Part shown: in pieces, positions 49,524-53,541 of the stretch
Numbering within the stretch: position 1 is the stretch's first letter
Layout of the letters: every line of letters starts with the position of its first letter
Assembly (NCBI GenBank): GCA_964535955.1
Contig: CAZHVK010000001.1
Span: forward strand, 62,001-115,541
Source of the DNA: an uncultured Methanosarcinales archaeon
Lineage (GTDB): Archaea > Nanobdellota > Nanobdellia > Woesearchaeales > CAXGTL01
Direction: 5' to 3'
Length of the DNA: 53,541 nt
Notes under the pieces: generated by a model
Told to the model about the DNA's origin: nothing
The model's database searches: none
What the model saw: the letters and a program-made list of their open reading frames with translations, nothing else
Program-made: the position numbers and the translations under genes

Positions 49524-50171
49524 TCACTCTTTCTTAGCCAAAACAGCCAAACTAACCTGATATTTTGGAAAGAATTTTGCAAACTTGTTTGTTCCAATCG
49601 GCAGATTGTCGTGGAAACTTATGCCAAAATATGTTGGATAAAATCTGATGACTTTGAAGCCTGCTTTGTTTAGGTCTTTTGTTAATTCTTTTCGAGTATA
49701 CTCTCTGAGATGATAACCACCTGGTCCTGAATGAATATAATATGGGATCTTAAACTCCTTACCAATTAATCTTCTAATATAATTTGCAATTCTGTGTCTG
49801 TTTGGTGTTGTGAGCATTAGATAACCATGTTTTTTAAGAACATAATTAAATTGTTTTAACATTGCAATCGGGTCTTTGACATGTTCAATAACTTCTGTAT
49901 TGATAACTGCATCAAATTTCTTCTCACCGAATGGTAGTCTGCATCCATCTCCTCCTATTCTATGGAATATTGTTGCTTTTGTTTTTACTTTTCTTAATGC
50001 ATCCAAGTCAATGTCTATTCCAATTACTTTTTTTATGTGTCTGTAAAGTCTATCTTGTAGTCCTGCTCTGCAACCTACATCTAAGACAAAGTCTGGCTTT
50101 GTTTTTTTCAGCATCTTCTCAACTGCACTTATTCTTCCTTCGTATACTCCTTTTTTCATTCTTTTTTCCAC
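49524..50171 (-). CDS. Class I SAM methyltransferase
   Basis: VLDVGC, FDAVINTEVIEHV, LTTPN and HLREYT motifs. The ATG at 50159 is an alternative start. Confidence 0.9.
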   Translation of the reverse strand: MEKRMKKGVYEGRISAVEKMLKKTKPDFVLDVGCRAGLQDRLYRHIKKVIGIDIDLDALRKVKTKATIFHRIGGDGCRLPFGEKKFDAVINTEVIEHVKDPIAMLKQFNYVLKKHGYLMLTTPNRHRIANYIRRLIGKEFKIPYYIHSGPGGYHLREYTRKELTKDLNKAGFKVIRFYPTYFGISFHDNLPIGTNKFAKFFPKYQVSLAVLAKKE

Positions 50172-50177
50172 TCCTTT

Positions 50178-50295
50178 AAATTATTCAACTCTTTCGTTCG
50201 TACTTTCCATGTTCAGCAATGATTCTTGGAAAGTCCTGATAGTGTGACCATCTGCTAGGTACTCACTGGCCTTACAGGCAAGAGTTGAATAATTT
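50178..50295 (-). repeat. Structured intergenic multi-stem element, copy E
   Basis: Perfect 16-bp terminal inverted repeat AAATTATTCAACTCTT / AAGAGTTGAATAATTT. Internal TCGTTCG, ACTTTCCA/TGGAAAGT stem and CTCACTGGCCTTACAGGC. Confidence 0.85.
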
Positions 50296-50305
50296 TTATT
50301 TGGTT

Positions 50306-51478
50306 TTATTTTGTTAAAAGTTCTTCATATGCTTTTTGTAATTCTTTCTTAATATTATCAAATGTAAAGAGTTTTGCTCTTTTCAAAGCATTATTTGAAA
50401 ATTGTTTTTTAAGTTTTGTATTGTTAAGTATAAGCTTAAGCTTTTTTTCAAGATCTTTAAGGTTCTGGTTCTCAAATGTATAGCCACACTCTTTGATAAC
50501 CCATGGAACGCCACCAACGTTTGATGCTACAATTGGTTTTGATTGTGCCATTGCTTGTGCAAGTGCAATTCCAAATGCTTCATACTGTGTAGGTAGACAG
50601 AAAATGTCTGCTGATGCAAGTGTTTGTGATCTTTCTGTTTCTGATAAAAAACCTGTAAAGATTATCTTGTCTTGTACTTTAAGTTTACTAGCTAAGTTGA
50701 TGAGTCTTTGTTTGTCTCCTCCATCTGGACCTATGAATATAAATTTTGTCTTTGGAAACTTGTTTGATATTTTTATTAATTGGTCAAAACCTTTGCTTTT
50801 ATGGATTCTTCCCATTGAAACTATGATTTTGTGGTTCTTTTTGTTGTTAGTTATAAGGTTGTATTTTTTTAGGAAATGTTTGGGATTGTGTTTTATGAAT
50901 GCTTTTTTTGATATTCCTGGGGTGATTATCTTTATTTTTTCAAGTTTTATATTGAATTTTTTATTAAGCCATTGTTTTTCTGGTTCTGTGTCTGCAAATA
51001 TTAAGTCTGTGAACATAAATATGATTTTTCCAATTGTCTTGTCAAAGATTGGTATTATTTTTTGTATTATTCTGTTTCTAAGGTTCATAGGATATTCTGG
51101 CCAATGTGGTGTTAAGATTACTTTTTTTCTTCTTAATTTTGCTATTATTCCACAGAGATTGTGTTGGTGTCTGTATGAGTGCATGTGTAAGATGTCATAT
51201 TTTTCAAATGTTATTCTGAATAACACACCTGGCCAAATAGGTGCTAGTCTTGTTACATGAAACAATGAATTAAATCGTCTGACTTTTATTTTTTTGAATG
51301 TGTCTGTTTTTTTCTTGATCTTGCCTTTTCTTAGTTTGTTTGATGTAAATATTTGTACATCATAACCTAATGATTTTAACATTAATGAAGTGTCAAATAC
51401 ATGGTCTTCCATTCCACCTTTGACAGGGTAAAAGAATGGTGTCATTTGTATGATTTTTGTTTTATTTTGTGTTTTCAT
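50306..51478 (-). CDS. GT4 glycosyltransferase
   Basis: FYPVKGGME, GRIHKSKG and EAFGIALAQAMAQSKPIV motifs. Confidence 0.92.
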   Translation of the reverse strand: MKTQNKTKIIQMTPFFYPVKGGMEDHVFDTSLMLKSLGYDVQIFTSNKLRKGKIKKKTDTFKKIKVRRFNSLFHVTRLAPIWPGVLFRITFEKYDILHMHSYRHQHNLCGIIAKLRRKKVILTPHWPEYPMNLRNRIIQKIIPIFDKTIGKIIFMFTDLIFADTEPEKQWLNKKFNIKLEKIKIITPGISKKAFIKHNPKHFLKKYNLITNNKKNHKIIVSMGRIHKSKGFDQLIKISNKFPKTKFIFIGPDGGDKQRLINLASKLKVQDKIIFTGFLSETERSQTLASADIFCLPTQYEAFGIALAQAMAQSKPIVASNVGGVPWVIKECGYTFENQNLKDLEKKLKLILNNTKLKKQFSNNALKRAKLFTFDNIKKELQKAYEELLTK

Positions 51479-51520
51479 TTTGTATGAATTGATTTATGAT
51501 TTTGATTGTGTTTTACTTTA

Positions 51521-52708
51521 CTATGGGCGGGTGGTTGGGGGATGGTTTTTGGTGGGTTCTTTATAAAGTATAGAGTCATAAACTTGTTTATACTTTTTGA
51601 ATGCAATTTCCCATGTAAAGTTCTGTAGAACAAACTTTCTTCCGTTTATTGCAAACTTTTTTCTTAGTTTAGGATTTTTGTAAAGCTTTATGATTGCATC
51701 TGCTAATGGTTTTGATCTTCCTGGTGGAACCATGATTCCATTTTGTCTTACAACTTCTCTTATTGCTGGGTAATCACTTGCTATGACTGGTTTTTTACAA
51801 CAAAAAGCTTCTGCAGAAACCAAACCAAAACCTTCTGTCATCATTGTTGGAAATATGAAAACATCGCACTTATTATAATAATCAACAATGCTTGGTACAT
51901 TTGACAAAATCTTTACAGGAAGATCTTTTGACATTTTTTTTAATTGATTTAGATATTTTTTGTCTGATACAAAGCCAACTATGTATAAGACTATGTTCTG
52001 CATCTGTTCTTTAGGCAAGGTCTGTTTTAAATGTTTTACTGCATTTATTGCAATGTGTTGGCCTTTTTCCCTGCTTATTCTTGATAAGTATAGAATTATA
52101 AATTTGTTTTTTTCTTGTTTTGTTTTTGTGCATTTTGGTTTAAACTTATTTATGTCTATACCATTGTATATTACTTTGATCTTTTTTGGATTTATTCCTA
52201 ATTCTATTAGATCGTTTTTTGTCGAATGACTTACTGCTAATACTTTTTTGAATTGTTTGTATCTTTTTTTTAAGAATATCTTCTGAATCTTTGTCCTAAT
52301 TCTGCGAATAGGTGATTCTTTTATTCTTCCAAGCATATGGCCTAAGTGATGTGATGTTACTATTGTAGGGAATTTGAGTTTTGGCACTTCTATTGCATTG
52401 CTGTGTATCAAGTCTGGCTTTATCTTGTTTGCATACTTCTTTACTGCAAAATATAGTTTAAAGTATCTAACAAACCTGTTCTTAGATCTAAGATCTACTG
52501 CATATGTTCCTTGTGGAAGGAGTTTTGGATTGTTTACCCAGCCTGTAACTAATCTTACATCATAGTGTTGTCTAGCTCTTTTCCAGATGTTGTGGATAAC
52601 TGATTCTCCTCCTCCCTTGTAATCCTCTGGAAAGAAACGAGATATGATTAAAACTTTTGGTTTTGGTCTTTTTGTTCTTATTTTTGTGTTTTTTTTGTTT
52701 ATGTTCAT
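51521..52708 (-). CDS. GT4 glycosyltransferase
   Basis: GGGES, IYNGID, SRISREKGQ and EGFGLVSAEA motifs. Confidence 0.92.
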   Translation of the reverse strand: MNINKKNTKIRTKRPKPKVLIISRFFPEDYKGGGESVIHNIWKRARQHYDVRLVTGWVNNPKLLPQGTYAVDLRSKNRFVRYFKLYFAVKKYANKIKPDLIHSNAIEVPKLKFPTIVTSHHLGHMLGRIKESPIRRIRTKIQKIFLKKRYKQFKKVLAVSHSTKNDLIELGINPKKIKVIYNGIDINKFKPKCTKTKQEKNKFIILYLSRISREKGQHIAINAVKHLKQTLPKEQMQNIVLYIVGFVSDKKYLNQLKKMSKDLPVKILSNVPSIVDYYNKCDVFIFPTMMTEGFGLVSAEAFCCKKPVIASDYPAIREVVRQNGIMVPPGRSKPLADAIIKLYKNPKLRKKFAINGRKFVLQNFTWEIAFKKYKQVYDSILYKEPTKNHPPTTRP

Positions 52709-52848
52709 TTATATAGGGGAATACACATATGTTTAAAAATATTATCTGATTCCAGTATAATGATTACAAGAGTTATAGAGGAGGGACATAGATAATCAAA
52801 AGTATATATTGGAGTGAATGTTGGATTCAAGATTAAGAGGAAATGGAT

Positions 52849-53541
52849 ATGAAAAAAAAAATAAAACATCTTAAAAAACTTAAGATTCTTGTAGTTAAGA
52901 ATGGAAGAAAACCAAAAGGTAAGCTTGATATTTTAAGTAATTGGGAATATCTACCTATTTACTTTAAAAAATTAGGACATAAGGTTGAGATTGTTTATTT
53001 GAATACAATGTATGAATATGGTTTTAGATGTTTGTTTTTGAGACCTGATATTATCATTAGTATTGGTAAGACAGTGCCTTATATAACTGGACTACATAAA
53101 TTAGTAAGAGATATGTTTTTTATGAAAAAACCTGTAATTGTGTTTGATCTTACTGATCATCCTCAACTTTATAGGTCTGAGAAAAATATTTGGTTTTTTT
53201 GTAAGATTCATGATCATGTTACAACTTCTTCTTATCATAATTTTAAACAATATAGTGCAGATGATTATGTAATGCATGGAAATGATTTTAAACCAATAAA
53301 AACAAAGATTAAGTATGATGTATGTTATGTTGGACAACTTAACCCTATCTATGGTATGGACAAGGTTAAACAAGGGTGTGATAAAGAAAAAATTTCTTTA
53401 AAAGTTGTTACAGGTGTTCCAACTAATGAGGTCCCAAAGTTTATTGCAGAGTCAAGGATCTGTGTTTATCCTATTTCATGGGATTCTAGTCTTAAATTAT
53501 TTAATTATGCTGCAATGGGTAAACCTGTTGTTGCTATTAGT
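52849..53541 (+). CDS. GT4-like glycosyltransferase, truncated by the right edge (absent from the ORF track)
   Basis: Open frame MKKKIKHLKKLKILVV...CYVGQL...SSLKLFNYAAMGKPVVAIS to the window end. Confidence 0.85.
   Translation, partial: MKKKIKHLKKLKILVVKNGRKPKGKLDILSNWEYLPIYFKKLGHKVEIVYLNTMYEYGFRCLFLRPDIIISIGKTVPYITGLHKLVRDMFFMKKPVIVFDLTDHPQLYRSEKNIWFFCKIHDHVTTSSYHNFKQYSADDYVMHGNDFKPIKTKIKYDVCYVGQLNPIYGMDKVKQGCDKEKISLKVVTGVPTNEVPKFIAESRICVYPISWDSSLKLFNYAAMGKPVVAIS

Noticed and set aside
50178..50295. Multi-stem elements as integron attC sites
   Set aside because: Copy E fits RYYYAAC/GTTRRRY, but B, C and D keep only AAC/GTT. No L boxes are evident, the flanking genes are not co-oriented cassettes and no integrase is in the window.
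50493..51260. 255-aa plus-strand ORF and the other short antisense ORFs in the track
   Set aside because: They lie inside well-supported opposite-strand genes and have no motifs.
53101..53373. 90-aa minus-strand ORF
   Set aside because: It is antisense to the edge-truncated GT4 gene starting at 52849.

Overview
Very AT-rich prokaryotic window, most likely from a DPANN archaeon (Woesearchaeota-like). This is inferred from archaeal BRE/TATA promoters about 25-35 nt upstream of start codons, GGTG/GGAGG ribosome-binding sites and bacterial-type folate enzymes. Almost the whole window is one mosaic surface-glycosylation locus in mixed orientations. It has GT2, GT4 and GT-C glycosyltransferases, three NDP-sugar epimerases, two DegT aminotransferases, two FemAB/GNAT proteins, WbqC, a PIG-L deacetylase, two B12-binding radical SAM enzymes, seven class I methyltransferases, an O-acetylation block beside an IS66 remnant, a nonulosonic-acid-type operon, a flippase, and an embedded folate C1 cluster (cyclo-ligase-FolD fusion, glyA, folC) near a formyltransferase. 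The most striking unexplained signal is non-coding: two families of dispersed, structure-conserved intergenic elements. The first is a 115-190 bp multi-stem element (4 clear copies plus 1 divergent) with covarying stems, tandem G.A pairs and a GCCT-GTA-AGGC hairpin, all folding on the minus strand. The second is a TGTCA...TCATGA...TGACA double-hairpin element (3 copies), two of which are nested inside the first family. Other oddities are a GT-C-cyclophilin fusion with an apparent ATT start, an RHH-NeuB fusion with a candidate operator, two orphan proteins sharing an N-terminal leader, and a poly-A frameshifted methyltransferase. No rRNA, tRNA or CRISPR array was recognised.
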